Shown piece after piece: positions 17,717-26,809 of a stretch of 60,351 nucleotides of DNA. A program made the position numbers and the translations under genes. The number at the start of each line of letters is the position of its first letter. Positions within the stretch are counted from its first letter, which is position 1. This stretch comes from a virus (taxonomy: Duplodnaviria; Caudoviricetes): the IMG/VR virus record IMGVR_UViG_3300034121_000953, positions 1 through 60,351 of that record. One strand, written 5' to 3'. The notes below the pieces were generated by a model that was given only the letters and a program-made list of their open reading frames with translations, had not been told where the DNA came from and searched no databases.

Positions 17717-17997
17717 CAGGATTTAAATCAAAGCGCCAAGCAGCGCAGGTGCGGGTGGTGGTTGATGATGCACAAGGCTACATCGCAGACTACGAAGCGG
17801 CTCTGAAGATTGCATACGAGATCGGTTTTGAAAACGGCAAGAAAGCACAGCGCAAGCCGCTGACATTAAATGCAATGACCGCGCTCGAAGAAAAAGTTTA
17901 TATGCAAACAACACACAAGGGCAAACCTTCATTTGAGTACGCACAATCGCTTATTCGCGCCGTTGAAGCCGCCCACAACATCAAGGAAAAGACATGA
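17713..17997 (+). CDS. Accessory protein MTGFKSKRQAAQ...IRAVEAAHNIKEKT
   Basis: Same junction repeat with ATGA coupling. Confidence 0.65.
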   Translation: MTGFKSKRQAAQVRVVVDDAQGYIADYEAALKIAYEIGFENGKKAQRKPLTLNAMTALEEKVYMQTTHKGKPSFEYAQSLIRAVEAAHNIKEKT

Positions 17998-18368
17998 CTG
18001 ACTTAAGACAAGCCGCAACTCTGGCGCTGGATGCGTTGAGAGGTGCTGATGCCATTGACACCGATATGCAAGATGCAATATATACCTTATACGAAGCACT
18101 GGAGCAGCCAGAGCAGGAGCCGGTGGGTTCACTGTCTGTGTGGTATCACCTAGGAAGTAAGTCAATGACAAACGTTGACTTTGATTACAACGGCGATTTA
18201 CCAGAAGGAGACTATGAACTCTACACCACCCCACCCGCAGCACAGCGCACATGGGTAGAGCTGACAGATGAAGACTTAGAATTTTGGACGGAAGAGTTAG
18301 GCCAAGGCGAATTAGGCAAAGGCGTTATTCGGGCAGTAGCCAATCATTTGAAGGAGCGCAACACATGA
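17994..18368 (+). CDS. Accessory protein (ALEQPEQEPV...WVELTDE...LKERNT)
   Basis: AAGGA RBS, ATGA coupling. Confidence 0.65.
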   Translation: MTDLRQAATLALDALRGADAIDTDMQDAIYTLYEALEQPEQEPVGSLSVWYHLGSKSMTNVDFDYNGDLPEGDYELYTTPPAAQRTWVELTDEDLEFWTEELGQGELGKGVIRAVANHLKERNT

Positions 18369-18526
18369 CCGCAAAAGAAATATACGAAGGCCTAGTCAAA
18401 AGATGTAAAGCACATGTCAAATCAGTAACATCTACTGTATTTGATCCATCAACAGGTATACTTAAAACGTTCGTAGCAGGTAAACTTGTACATACCAAAC
18501 AAATTAACACTCCTAAAAACCCATGA
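18365..18526 (+). CDS. Small hypothetical protein
   Basis: AAGGAG RBS, ATG at 18365. Confidence 0.55.
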   Translation: MTAKEIYEGLVKRCKAHVKSVTSTVFDPSTGILKTFVAGKLVHTKQINTPKNP

Positions 18527-18858
18527 CAAAAGTTTACAGAGTTGAATACAACAAAAACACACTCAGAGGTGTACACGATTCTATGATGAGACATTTAAAC
18601 CACTGGCAAAAACTAGACGCGCCGGGATACCGTATGCTCAATAGCCATGTATGTGGTGTGACCTCCCTAAAAAAACTGAAGCTATGGTTCCCCGGCAAAA
18701 TACAAAGACGCATACATAGCAATCATCAACTGAGAATCGTAATTCTTGATGTACCCAAAATAGTCTACAAAGATGAAAACCAAGTAACGTTCAATCGCAA
18801 ACAAGCCAAAATCATAGGTAAACTAATGCCTGACGGTAAACCTAAATATAAAAAATGA
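18523..18858 (+). CDS. Hypothetical basic protein
   Basis: ATGA overlap; 111 aa. Confidence 0.6.
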   Translation: MTKVYRVEYNKNTLRGVHDSMMRHLNHWQKLDAPGYRMLNSHVCGVTSLKKLKLWFPGKIQRRIHSNHQLRIVILDVPKIVYKDENQVTFNRKQAKIIGKLMPDGKPKYKK

Positions 18859-19046
18859 ACAATAATCCAATTTACTTCTGTGGTGATGACAACGTAGGTG
18901 CATTAGGTAACTCAATCGAAGAAGCCTTTGCCATGTACAAACAACACCTGGACTATGATACATCAGTAACAATCGAAGACATGGTATTCTTCCGTGTAGA
19001 TCCTAAATCATTCTACTGTTCAACCAAAATCATAATCAACGAATGA
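18855..19046 (+). CDS. Hypothetical protein
   Basis: ATGA overlap; 63 aa. Confidence 0.55.
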   Translation: MNNNPIYFCGDDNVGALGNSIEEAFAMYKQHLDYDTSVTIEDMVFFRVDPKSFYCSTKIIINE

Positions 19047-19234
19047 CAGCTGAAATCATCCCCTTCAAAGTTCCCGGTAAGCCCAAACGAACATGCTCAT
19101 TCTGCAAACAAGCAGAATCCTCTGCAAAGAAAATGTTCAGCAATGAAATGGAAGGAGAAAATCTGAGATGTATCTGTGATAAGTGTATAGTAGAATGCTC
19201 TAAGAGAATAAATAACGATGAAACAAATAACTGA
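19043..19234 (+). CDS. Stand-alone ClpX-type C4 zinc-binding domain protein
   Basis: CSFCKQAESSAKKMF...CICDKCIVECSKRI matches the ClpX N-domain pattern CSFC-x-ICxxCVxxC. Confidence 0.7.
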   Translation: MTAEIIPFKVPGKPKRTCSFCKQAESSAKKMFSNEMEGENLRCICDKCIVECSKRINNDETNN

Positions 19235-19418
19235 AATAACAACCACACCCTACCTATGGTCTCTCCGAAGATCATGGGTAAACTACCCTTCTGGGTTCTT
19301 CCTTACGCTAGATAACAATATGTTGTTCCTGCTGGAAGAAAACCAAGTAGCCCTAATAGGCTACGTCCCCAACTCTTATTTCAAAAACACCAACCAATCA
19401 GAAATGCAATTCCAATGA
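19218..19418 (+). CDS. Hypothetical protein
   Basis: 66 aa in the array. Confidence 0.5.
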   Translation: MKQITEITTTPYLWSLRRSWVNYPSGFFLTLDNNMLFLLEENQVALIGYVPNSYFKNTNQSEMQFQ

Positions 19419-19606
19419 ACGTACAATCCCTTGAAATCGTAAAAGTAGCAAATGGTTACACAATTGAATTTTGGCATGACAGCCAAATGCATGTGTATGT
19501 CGCTCAAACCCTGTCAGGTTACGGCTCTGAATCAGTCATCGACATCCTGAAAAAAGTCTTTGAAAGCAAACCAGTAAAACTAGCCGATGGCTGGCCTACA
19601 GAATAA
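19415..19606 (+). CDS. Hypothetical protein
   Basis: ATGA overlap; LEIVKVANGYTI motif. Confidence 0.6.
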   Translation: MNVQSLEIVKVANGYTIEFWHDSQMHVYVAQTLSGYGSESVIDILKKVFESKPVKLADGWPTE

Positions 19607-19608
19607 GC

Positions 19609-19625
19609 TAGCCGGTACCTAATAG
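19609..19625 (+). promoter_or_regulatory. Putative phage RNAP promoter
   Basis: TAGCCGGTACCTAATAG. Confidence 0.7.
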
Positions 19626-19631
19626 AGAGGG

Positions 19632-20054
19632 CTACAAGCCTTCAGCCTCAACAATAGCTTTGAGTTCCTCATCAGTAAGATTCTCAGTTCTTGTTGTAAC
19701 AGTAGACTCAATACGAGCAAGCTTAGGTGCTTCAAACTCTGCCAACATACCGGCATAGCGAGCAGCATCTTCAAAATTATCCTTAGCAAGAGCTGTGTGA
19801 ACAGCCATTCTAAGTACATCCAAAGAACTCAACTGAGGTAAATCTCCCATGATCTTCTGAAATGCTTTTGCATTCAACTTAAATTCCTCCTGAATCGCAA
19901 GATTCAAGAGTCGTGATTGCACACCTTTAAACTGATTCGCTCTGGCAGTTTCAGACGTAATCAACTTGAGGTTTGCAATAGTGTTAGGATGTTTACCACG
20001 TTTAGTGGTACCGTCTCCAACAGGACGTGCTCCGTCACCGGCAGCATATGACAT
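19632..20054 (-). CDS. Probable terminase small subunit
   Basis: 140 aa; HPNTIANLK N-terminus, EFEAPKLARIE and ENLTDEELKAI C-terminus; own promoter motif and AAGGA RBS; inverted relative to its neighbours. Confidence 0.55.
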   Translation of the reverse strand: MSYAAGDGARPVGDGTTKRGKHPNTIANLKLITSETARANQFKGVQSRLLNLAIQEEFKLNAKAFQKIMGDLPQLSSLDVLRMAVHTALAKDNFEDAARYAGMLAEFEAPKLARIESTVTTRTENLTDEELKAIVEAEGL

Positions 20055-20099
20055 AATAATTCCTTAATTTTAAATTTAAAGTCACAACAAAAGTAACTC

Positions 20100-20116
20100 C
20101 TATTAGGTACCGACTA
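20100..20116 (-). promoter_or_regulatory. Putative phage RNAP promoter for 19632-20054
   Basis: Reverse complement of TAGTCGGTACCTAATAG, about 45 nt upstream of the ATG. Confidence 0.7.
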
Positions 20117-20162
20117 GTTTCTCGTAAACTGGTACCACAACAAACCTATCCTAAAGCATAAT

Positions 20163-20669
20163 ATGACACAAACCACAAACCAATCAAACACCATCATCCT
20201 CAAAAACGTTGAACTAAACTGGATTAAACTCTCAGAACCTGTTGACAACTACACAGGTGACAAAAAGATCTATGAAGTCCAAGTATCTGTCCCTGAGGCT
20301 CGTGAAAGTGAACTCTCTGAAATCCGTAAAACACGCATCAAAGATGGTAAAGCAATCATCAACCTCAGCAAGAATGCTTTCCTGAAGTCAGGCGAAGATG
20401 CAGCCAAAGTTCGTGTAGTAGACTCCAACAAACTACCCCTTGATCCTAAAATCATCGGCAATGGATCACTCGGCAACGTAATGATCATGCAGTCCCCATA
20501 TGAGATCAAGCATCCAAAAACAGGTAAAGTTACCAAGTCCGGTATCTCGTCTATGCTTGTTGCCGTTCAAGTGACCAAGCTGCTCAAGTACGAACCAAAA
20601 CCAAAAGTTGACTTTGACTCTGCTGATACCTCTGATGTCCACACTGACCACGAAGATTCACAATTCTAA
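20163..20669 (+). CDS. Single-stranded DNA-binding protein (T7 gp2.5-like)
   Basis: IGNGSLGNV and LVAVQVTKLLKYE motifs; acidic tail ending in Phe (DHEDSQF). Confidence 0.75.
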   Translation: MTQTTNQSNTIILKNVELNWIKLSEPVDNYTGDKKIYEVQVSVPEARESELSEIRKTRIKDGKAIINLSKNAFLKSGEDAAKVRVVDSNKLPLDPKIIGNGSLGNVMIMQSPYEIKHPKTGKVTKSGISSMLVAVQVTKLLKYEPKPKVDFDSADTSDVHTDHEDSQF

Positions 20670-20719
20670 ATAAGGAAACAACCCATGATAGCACCCGCTA
20701 TTGTGGGTTTAAAATTCAC

Positions 20720-20983
20720 ATGACAAAACCAATTGTTCACTTTCTCCCTCCTGCTCACTTCTACACATGGAATAACGAATTCACAGAAAAAACATATGAC
20801 CTTGCCAGAGTGTATGCGCTTGATCATCCTCGTCTAGGTCAAGGCGACATACGCACATCAATCATCCTAAAACATAATGAAGATGGCTCATTCGAAACTC
20901 TCAACACACACTATGTCCCAGCAAAAATTGAATCAAGCGATCAAGAACATCACATTAAAGTCGCTGAGAAAACACCTGCATGA
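20720..20983 (+). CDS. Hypothetical phage protein
   Basis: DHPRLGQGDIRTS...FETLNTHY; 87 aa. Confidence 0.65.
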   Translation: MTKPIVHFLPPAHFYTWNNEFTEKTYDLARVYALDHPRLGQGDIRTSIILKHNEDGSFETLNTHYVPAKIESSDQEHHIKVAEKTPA

Positions 20984-21170
20984 GTGTGAGCGTGACTACG
21001 TAATCGCCAAAGCTCTGCGTCAGTACTACTGGAACAAAGCTGATGCTTCAAAACCAGTAACAACTGAAATATATTTCAATACCCTCAATAAAAACAACAG
21101 AGCATGCAAAGAAATGCTGGTTCATCTAAGAAAACTACGATCAGCCATCAAAGCTGTCAAAGGAATGTAA
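20913..21170 (+). CDS. Hypothetical protein
   Basis: ORF whose TAA overlaps the RNA ligase ATG. Confidence 0.5.
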   Translation: MSQQKLNQAIKNITLKSLRKHLHECERDYVIAKALRQYYWNKADASKPVTTEIYFNTLNKNNRACKEMLVHLRKLRSAIKAVKGM

Positions 21171-22159
21171 TGACCCGTAAACTTGCGACAATACGCTATA
21201 TATCATCACTACAACCAATTGAAGGTGCTGATTTTATTGAAGAGGCCCAAATTGATGGTTGGCATGTTGTAGTCAAAAAAGGTGAATTCAAAGTTAATGA
21301 TCAAGTTGTATACCTAGAAATAGACTCATGGGTTCCCACAGAACTTGCTCCATTCCTCTCCAAAGGCAAAACGCCTCGTACCTTCAACAATGTACCCGGT
21401 GAAAGACTAAGAACTATCCGTCTCAAAGGATACATCAGCCAAGGCCTTGCTCTACCATACAAAGACGAATACCTTGAACATGCAGAAAAAATGGATGAAT
21501 ATCTTGGCATCCAACTATACGAAAAACCTGTACCAGCACAACTAGCTGGTATGCCCCGTGGTAACTTCCCGTCGTTCATCCCCAAAACAGACCAAGAGCG
21601 TATCCAAAACATTCCTGATCATGTATTTGAAGAATGGAAAAACAATATCTGGGAAATAACTGAAAAGCTTGATGGTTCCTCAATGACCATCTATCTAAAC
21701 AATGGTGAATTCGGTATCTGCAGTCGTAACCTTGAGCTCAAGCTAGACCAAACAGGTAACACCTTTGTTGACATGGGAAAACAATATGAAAGTGCAATGC
21801 GTGAATTGGGGCTTAACATCGCCATACAAGGAGAACTAATTGGGCCGGGTATCCAAGGAAACCAATACGGCCTGCCAAAACATGAATACCGTGTATTTGA
21901 CATCTTTGATATCAACAACCAAAAGTACTACACACCAGCAGCCAGACACAAAATGTCACTACTGCTAGACCTATTCCATGCACCTATCATCAAAAAAGAC
22001 GTATCATTCAAAACAGAAACAAAAGAAAGTCTGCTTGCAGTAGCAGAAGGTGACTCCCGTCTAAACACAACAGAGCGTGAGGGTCTGGTATTCAAAAATA
22101 ATGACAATAACAACTCCTTCAAAGTAATCTCAAATAAATGGCTCCTAAATGAACAATAA
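21170..22159 (+). CDS. RNA ligase (Rnl2 / DRB0094-like)
   Basis: RKLATIR...IEGADFIE N-domain, FIPKTDQERIQN, TEKLDGSS motif I, QGELIGPGIQ, REGLVFK, SFKVISNKWL. Confidence 0.9.
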   Translation: MTRKLATIRYISSLQPIEGADFIEEAQIDGWHVVVKKGEFKVNDQVVYLEIDSWVPTELAPFLSKGKTPRTFNNVPGERLRTIRLKGYISQGLALPYKDEYLEHAEKMDEYLGIQLYEKPVPAQLAGMPRGNFPSFIPKTDQERIQNIPDHVFEEWKNNIWEITEKLDGSSMTIYLNNGEFGICSRNLELKLDQTGNTFVDMGKQYESAMRELGLNIAIQGELIGPGIQGNQYGLPKHEYRVFDIFDINNQKYYTPAARHKMSLLLDLFHAPIIKKDVSFKTETKESLLAVAEGDSRLNTTEREGLVFKNNDNNNSFKVISNKWLLNEQ

Positions 22160-22376
22160 AAACGTAAAACAAAGTAAAACTTTCACAATATGGATTGAAC
22201 TAGATGGCAGCTACGTCTACTTCGAGCATAATGAAGTCGGTGATGACTACGCAGGAGGTATGTGGTTCAAAAACAAAGAACTGATTGACTACGACGGTGT
22301 ATTTGAACTACACTCAGAACTCATAGAGCTGATGGAAAAAGAAGGATTCAACATGGAATACGCAAAAGATGAGTGA
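22149..22376 (+). CDS. Hypothetical protein
   Basis: 75 aa; FEHNEVGDDYAGGMWF...LIDYDGVFEL. Confidence 0.65.
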   Translation: MNNKNVKQSKTFTIWIELDGSYVYFEHNEVGDDYAGGMWFKNKELIDYDGVFELHSELIELMEKEGFNMEYAKDE

Positions 22377-22506
22377 CGTAGAAAAATATTGGGATGCTAT
22401 ACGAGCTAAATGGCCCACACCACAACCCTCTTGGCATGAACTTGATCCTCAAAAACAAATAATGATTATACAATCTCTTAACATGCTGATAGCAGTAATG
22501 CAATGA
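22369..22506 (+). CDS. Small hypothetical protein (45 aa)
   Basis: Read manually; fills the gap with overlapping start and stop. Confidence 0.5.
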   Translation: MSDVEKYWDAIRAKWPTPQPSWHELDPQKQIMIIQSLNMLIAVMQ

Positions 22507-22739
22507 TAACAACCGTATGGCTAGATCCCGAAACACAGTATGAATTTGTATGTAGATACGAATGGGAAACAGAAGAGTATAATAACCCCGGCTTCAAACC
22601 GTATGTTATTTTATACGAAGTATATCTAACAGAAATAAATAACCAAGCACGACACCCAGACATCTACCACTTGCTCTCTGCTGAAACTATCCAACAAATA
22701 GAAATAGATATCACAAATGAAGCTTTACAACCTGCCTAG
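22503..22739 (+). CDS. Hypothetical protein
   Basis: ATGA overlap; 78 aa. Confidence 0.6.
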   Translation: MITTVWLDPETQYEFVCRYEWETEEYNNPGFKPYVILYEVYLTEINNQARHPDIYHLLSAETIQQIEIDITNEALQPA

Positions 22740-22881
22740 AAAGTCTTTCTTTACCTTGCCAGAACAACCAGAAGAACAATATTTCTTCGACCATATAGAC
22801 GGTATGTACTCATACTGCCTGAACAAAGAAAAAGAAGTAATACACTTCGGAGCCTCAACAGAAGTAGAACCAGTACAATGA
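22717..22881 (+). CDS. Small hypothetical protein (54 aa)
   Basis: MKLYNLPRKS...FDHIDGMYSYC; read manually. Confidence 0.55.
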   Translation: MKLYNLPRKSFFTLPEQPEEQYFFDHIDGMYSYCLNKEKEVIHFGASTEVEPVQ

Positions 22882-23180
22882 TCGGCTACAAACTATTCCG
22901 TCAACGCAAAGATGGCTCTCTTGGGCCACTGTTCATCAACCGAAAACAACGTCTAAACCTAAACAAAATATACGAAGCAGAAGAACACCCAACAAAAGGT
23001 TACGCATTCCGCCCGGGCTGGCATATCTGCAAAGATAAATCAGCACCACACCTGTCAAAGAAAAATAGAGTGTGGGCAATGGTATGGTTTGACAAATACA
23101 CCTCCCACTTACGCCCTGAGTCACAAGGAGGACTGTGGTACACAGCCAAACAAATGGAAATCCTATGCCTTACAAAGTAA
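22878..23180 (+). CDS. Hypothetical phage protein
   Basis: GYKLFRQRKDGSLGPLFIN...AFRPGWH...SQGGLWY. Confidence 0.7.
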   Translation: MIGYKLFRQRKDGSLGPLFINRKQRLNLNKIYEAEEHPTKGYAFRPGWHICKDKSAPHLSKKNRVWAMVWFDKYTSHLRPESQGGLWYTAKQMEILCLTK

Positions 23181-23458
23181 ACTTTGAGTTCAGCAGTGAA
23201 GAAGCAGAAGTCGGACTTGACTCTCTCCTTTCTGTCACAGAAACAGGTAGCTTAATTATCTATGGATCAACATCTGTAGGACTAAACACGCAATTCAAAG
23301 GTAAAGCACTGTCAAATGCAAAACTAGATGAATGGTACGAATGGTGTGTTCTGAACTACCAAGAATGTGTCGCCATAAGTTATGACGGTAAACAAGGACT
23401 TATGATCGGCCCCAGAGCAGATGAATGGCTATTTAACCCGGAGTATTTTGTATTATGA
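23165..23458 (+). CDS. Hypothetical protein
   Basis: Likely ATG at 23165. Confidence 0.55.
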   Translation: MPYKVNFEFSSEEAEVGLDSLLSVTETGSLIIYGSTSVGLNTQFKGKALSNAKLDEWYEWCVLNYQECVAISYDGKQGLMIGPRADEWLFNPEYFVL

Positions 23459-23661
23459 ATAAACTAGGTCATCACAAAGACGGTTCAGGAATTCAAAACC
23501 ACAGTGCAGGTGGTTTGTATCCTTGCATTCAATTCAAACAGGAAACACCTGACGGTATGAAATGGGGTCTTATCACCCCCAAAGACCAAAAAGGAACTCT
23601 CTACGAAAGCTATGAAGAAACCATTGATGCAGCAAATACATACAACAAAGGCAAGCTATGA
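23455..23661 (+). CDS. Hypothetical protein
   Basis: ATGA overlap. Confidence 0.55.
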   Translation: MNKLGHHKDGSGIQNHSAGGLYPCIQFKQETPDGMKWGLITPKDQKGTLYESYEETIDAANTYNKGKL

Positions 23662-23882
23662 TGTTTAAACAAGCAAATACGTACATTGAAGGGGGTTATG
23701 CCCGGTGTACTGGATTCGGCACCCGTATCTACGCAATCCTCAAAATCAATACCGACGGTACAATGATCATGAAGCGAGTAGGTGACACTAATCGCGGCAC
23801 ATTCAAATTCCACAAAACAAAGAAAACATTCCTGTTCACAAGCAAAAACCACTTCTGGTACCAACCCGTAGCTCCTGTATGA
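23658..23882 (+). CDS. Hypothetical protein
   Basis: ATGA overlap. Confidence 0.55.
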   Translation: MMFKQANTYIEGGYARCTGFGTRIYAILKINTDGTMIMKRVGDTNRGTFKFHKTKKTFLFTSKNHFWYQPVAPV

Positions 23883-24310
23883 AACACTTCCCACACAACC
23901 AACATGTATACCTCGCAGGAGGTATTGAAGGTCTCACCTATGAACAAGCAACAAGCTGGCGTCTAGAAGCAGAAACTGAACTCAACTCCTTCGATATCGA
24001 TTGCCTTAATCCATGCCGCAGAGTGTCATTTGTAAGCAGCAAATCAAGGCATGCTGATGCTCGTATCTGGAAAGCTGACCTGCAAGACATTGCCTACTCC
24101 TCAGTCATCCTTGCCAACCTAAGCGAACACCTGCCCGGTAAAAAATGGGGTACTGTAGCAGAAGTAGCTCATGCTCACACCAAAAACAAAATCATTATTG
24201 TGCTGATGGATGAACACCAATTCCACCATCCATTCATCACCCAATATGCCACAGAAATTCATTACACAATTGATGATGCTGTAGAAGCAGTAAAAGAATA
24301 TTTCCTGTGA
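23879..24310 (+). CDS. Nucleoside 2-deoxyribosyltransferase-like protein
   Basis: VYLAGGI...SWR...LNP...DLQDI..S.VILANL...GTVAEVAHA pattern. Confidence 0.75.
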   Translation: MKHFPHNQHVYLAGGIEGLTYEQATSWRLEAETELNSFDIDCLNPCRRVSFVSSKSRHADARIWKADLQDIAYSSVILANLSEHLPGKKWGTVAEVAHAHTKNKIIIVLMDEHQFHHPFITQYATEIHYTIDDAVEAVKEYFL

Positions 24311-24545
24311 TAACCTTTATAGCTATGTGTGCTGCAGTTGTGTTAATACTCTGGCACTACCACAATGATGACGATGATGATTCAGGGTATCAAGGATGAC
24401 ACCTGTAGCAAGCATCATAGCCGTTTATATTCTCTGGTATTACATCTCATTCAAATGATCATAAAAATCTGGACTGGTATCCTTATATTCGGTGCAGTAT
24501 GCATCACAGCTCAACTATTCAAACGTAAAAAAATACACATCTAAA

Positions 24546-24833
24546 ATGCCCTATATCAACATCGAAAAACGTATTAACATGGCAGAAGGAATCCTGCCAA
24601 TAAATGCAGGAGAACTCAACTACTGTATCACTCTAACATTAATAGAGTATGTGGCTCTGAAAAAACTGAGCTACCAAACTATAAATGATATCATGGGTGC
24701 TCTTGAAGGAGCAAAAGCAGAATTCTACCGCCGAGTAGCTGCTCCTTACGAAGACAATAAAATCACAGAAAATGGAGATGTATATTGTGACCGATTTTTA
24801 CGACCAACAATTCCTGAAAAAATTCTTCCCTGA
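24546..24833 (+). CDS. Hypothetical phage protein
   Basis: MPYI...AGELNYCIT...GALEGAKAEFYRRVAAPYEDNKITENGDVY. Confidence 0.7.
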   Translation: MPYINIEKRINMAEGILPINAGELNYCITLTLIEYVALKKLSYQTINDIMGALEGAKAEFYRRVAAPYEDNKITENGDVYCDRFLRPTIPEKILP

Positions 24834-24843
24834 CAAACCACGG

Positions 24844-25302
24844 ATGTCAACTGAAATGAATAAGCAAATGGAGCGAGATATCAAAACTGAAATTGATCAA
24901 TACCTTGAAATGCAAGAAATGAATGATGGTATAAGCAAAACCTTAGTAGACACAAACCTAAAGACATTTGCAGCAGCAAATAAACCACGCCTGTCTGATA
25001 TCCCTCCCGTAGCATTACTGGCTTTAGGTGCTGCAATGTCTGACGGTGAGAAAAAATATGGCAGGTTCAACTGGCGTGAAACAGGAAGTACCTCCAGCGT
25101 ATTCTACGATGCAATGATGCGTCACCTGCTTGATTGGTTCAACGGTGAAGACTTCGCTCATGACAGCAAAGTACACCACCTAGCTCACGTTATGGCATCC
25201 TGCGCTATTCTACTTGACAGTGAACTGCACACCTGTCTCAAAGATGATCGAGGAGACTACGGTACTGTTGTCCGTAAACCCGAAACATGGAAAGAAGTAT
25301 GA
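24844..25302 (+). CDS. dATP/dGTP diphosphohydrolase-domain protein (DUF5664-like)
   Basis: KPRLSDIP...GEKKYGRFNWR...AMMRHL..W..GED...SKVHHLAH. Start position uncertain. Confidence 0.75.
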   Translation: MSTEMNKQMERDIKTEIDQYLEMQEMNDGISKTLVDTNLKTFAAANKPRLSDIPPVALLALGAAMSDGEKKYGRFNWRETGSTSSVFYDAMMRHLLDWFNGEDFAHDSKVHHLAHVMASCAILLDSELHTCLKDDRGDYGTVVRKPETWKEV

Positions 25303-26180
25303 AACCAATGCTGCTTCCCCGAGAACTCCCTGACCTTGACAACCTAAAGTATCCGGTGATCGTATCACCTAAACTTGACGGTATCAGGTGTCTGATGAAA
25401 GACGGTGTAGCACTCAGTCGTACTCTCAAACCTATCCCCAACAAGCATATCCAAGCATGGGCTCTTGCCAATGCAAATGAACTACACGGGTTTGATGGTG
25501 AGCTAATTGTAGGTGATCCTACCTCAAGCACAGTATACCGAGATACCAATTCCTTTGTCATGTCGCATGATAAAGTAGGTGACTTCGACTACTATGTGTT
25601 TGATATGTGGGATCAATACAACACACAGTACGATCTAAGATTGTCAAATATACACACACATGCCCCAGAACTAACTAACTTTGTAATGCTGGGCTTCAAA
25701 ATATGCAATGATAAATATGACATTCTTGCATTTGAAGAAAAAATACTTGAGCTAGGTTATGAAGGCCTAATCATCCGCAATCCAGGAAGCGAATACAAAT
25801 ATGGTAGATGCACAATCAAAGAAGCTAATGCTTTCAAACTAAAACGCTTTGAAGATGCAGAGGCAATCATAATTGGTTTTGAAGAGGAAATGTACAATGG
25901 AAACAATGCAGAAACTAATGAACTCGGCAGAACTAAACGCTCAACTGCTAAGGCTGGCTTATCTGGCAAAAACACTCTCGGAGCGTTCATCTGCAAGACC
26001 CCTGACGGTATCGAATTTAAAATTGGTTCGGGATTTGACCAAGCAGATCGAGAGAGTTTCTGGAACAATCAACCAAATTTGCTTGGAGGAATTGTTAAAT
26101 ACAAACACTTCCCTATAGGGGTAAAAGATAAACCACGACATCCTATCTTCTTAGGTTTCCGTGATAAAATAGATATGTAA
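25299..26180 (+). CDS. ATP-dependent DNA ligase
   Basis: KPML, SPKLDGIRC, FDGEL, YEGLIIR, FKLKRFEDAEA, IGSGF, PRHPIFLGFR. Confidence 0.92.
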   Translation: MKPMLLPRELPDLDNLKYPVIVSPKLDGIRCLMKDGVALSRTLKPIPNKHIQAWALANANELHGFDGELIVGDPTSSTVYRDTNSFVMSHDKVGDFDYYVFDMWDQYNTQYDLRLSNIHTHAPELTNFVMLGFKICNDKYDILAFEEKILELGYEGLIIRNPGSEYKYGRCTIKEANAFKLKRFEDAEAIIIGFEEEMYNGNNAETNELGRTKRSTAKAGLSGKNTLGAFICKTPDGIEFKIGSGFDQADRESFWNNQPNLLGGIVKYKHFPIGVKDKPRHPIFLGFRDKIDM

Positions 26181-26788
26181 TGGAATTACTCAAAACTGTA
26201 AAGAAAAATATTACCGGATCAGACAAACTATTTGACATCTACAAATGTACTGTTGATGAAGTTGATACGTTTGAATCTGCATCCGGCAAACAAATGATAA
26301 CAGCCAAAACAGAAGGACAAACATTCAAAGGTCTGTACAACAAATGGGTCTATGATTACCTCTGTGAAAATGAAGGAGAAGAATCATTCATCGTGCTGTG
26401 GAGAGCACCTAAAGGAGACTCAATGCTGGCATATGTAAGGAGTATCTGGGAAGAACACCTGCAAAACATATACAACGTAGAAGTACCCTTCACAGACAAA
26501 GCATATGAAACTCAAAGTACTGATGCTTTCGTCTATATGTGGGTTAATACAGTCACCGACAAAAAATATATAGGCAAACATAAAGGAACCATAGCTGATG
26601 GCTATATTTGCAGCTCTCAAGACATGCTGGCAGAATACGCTGCTAATCCGAGTCATTTCCTCAGAACAGTACTAGCCTATGGCTCTGATCAGGAAATGCT
26701 GGAGCTAGAAACAATACTACTCCTGCAACTAAGGACAAGTCAATCACCTTTTTACTACAACATGTCCAACAACCTGCGTCTAAACTAG
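26180..26788 (+). CDS. Two-domain protein with a C-terminal GIY-YIG-like domain
   Basis: AFVYMWVNTVTDKKYIGKHKG...GYICSS...YYN. Confidence 0.6.
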   Translation: MELLKTVKKNITGSDKLFDIYKCTVDEVDTFESASGKQMITAKTEGQTFKGLYNKWVYDYLCENEGEESFIVLWRAPKGDSMLAYVRSIWEEHLQNIYNVEVPFTDKAYETQSTDAFVYMWVNTVTDKKYIGKHKGTIADGYICSSQDMLAEYAANPSHFLRTVLAYGSDQEMLELETILLLQLRTSQSPFYYNMSNNLRLN

Positions 26789-26802
26789 TCGGTACCTAAT
26801 AG
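26786..26802 (+). promoter_or_regulatory. Putative phage RNAP promoter upstream of the replication genes
   Basis: TAGTCGGTACCTAATAG; its TAG is the stop codon of 26180-26788. Confidence 0.7.
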
Positions 26803-26809
26803 GATCTCC

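Noticed and set aside
24844-25302. Z-genome (2-aminoadenine) pathway
   Set aside because: The diphosphohydrolase domain alone is insufficient; no PurZ/PurA-like ORF recognised.
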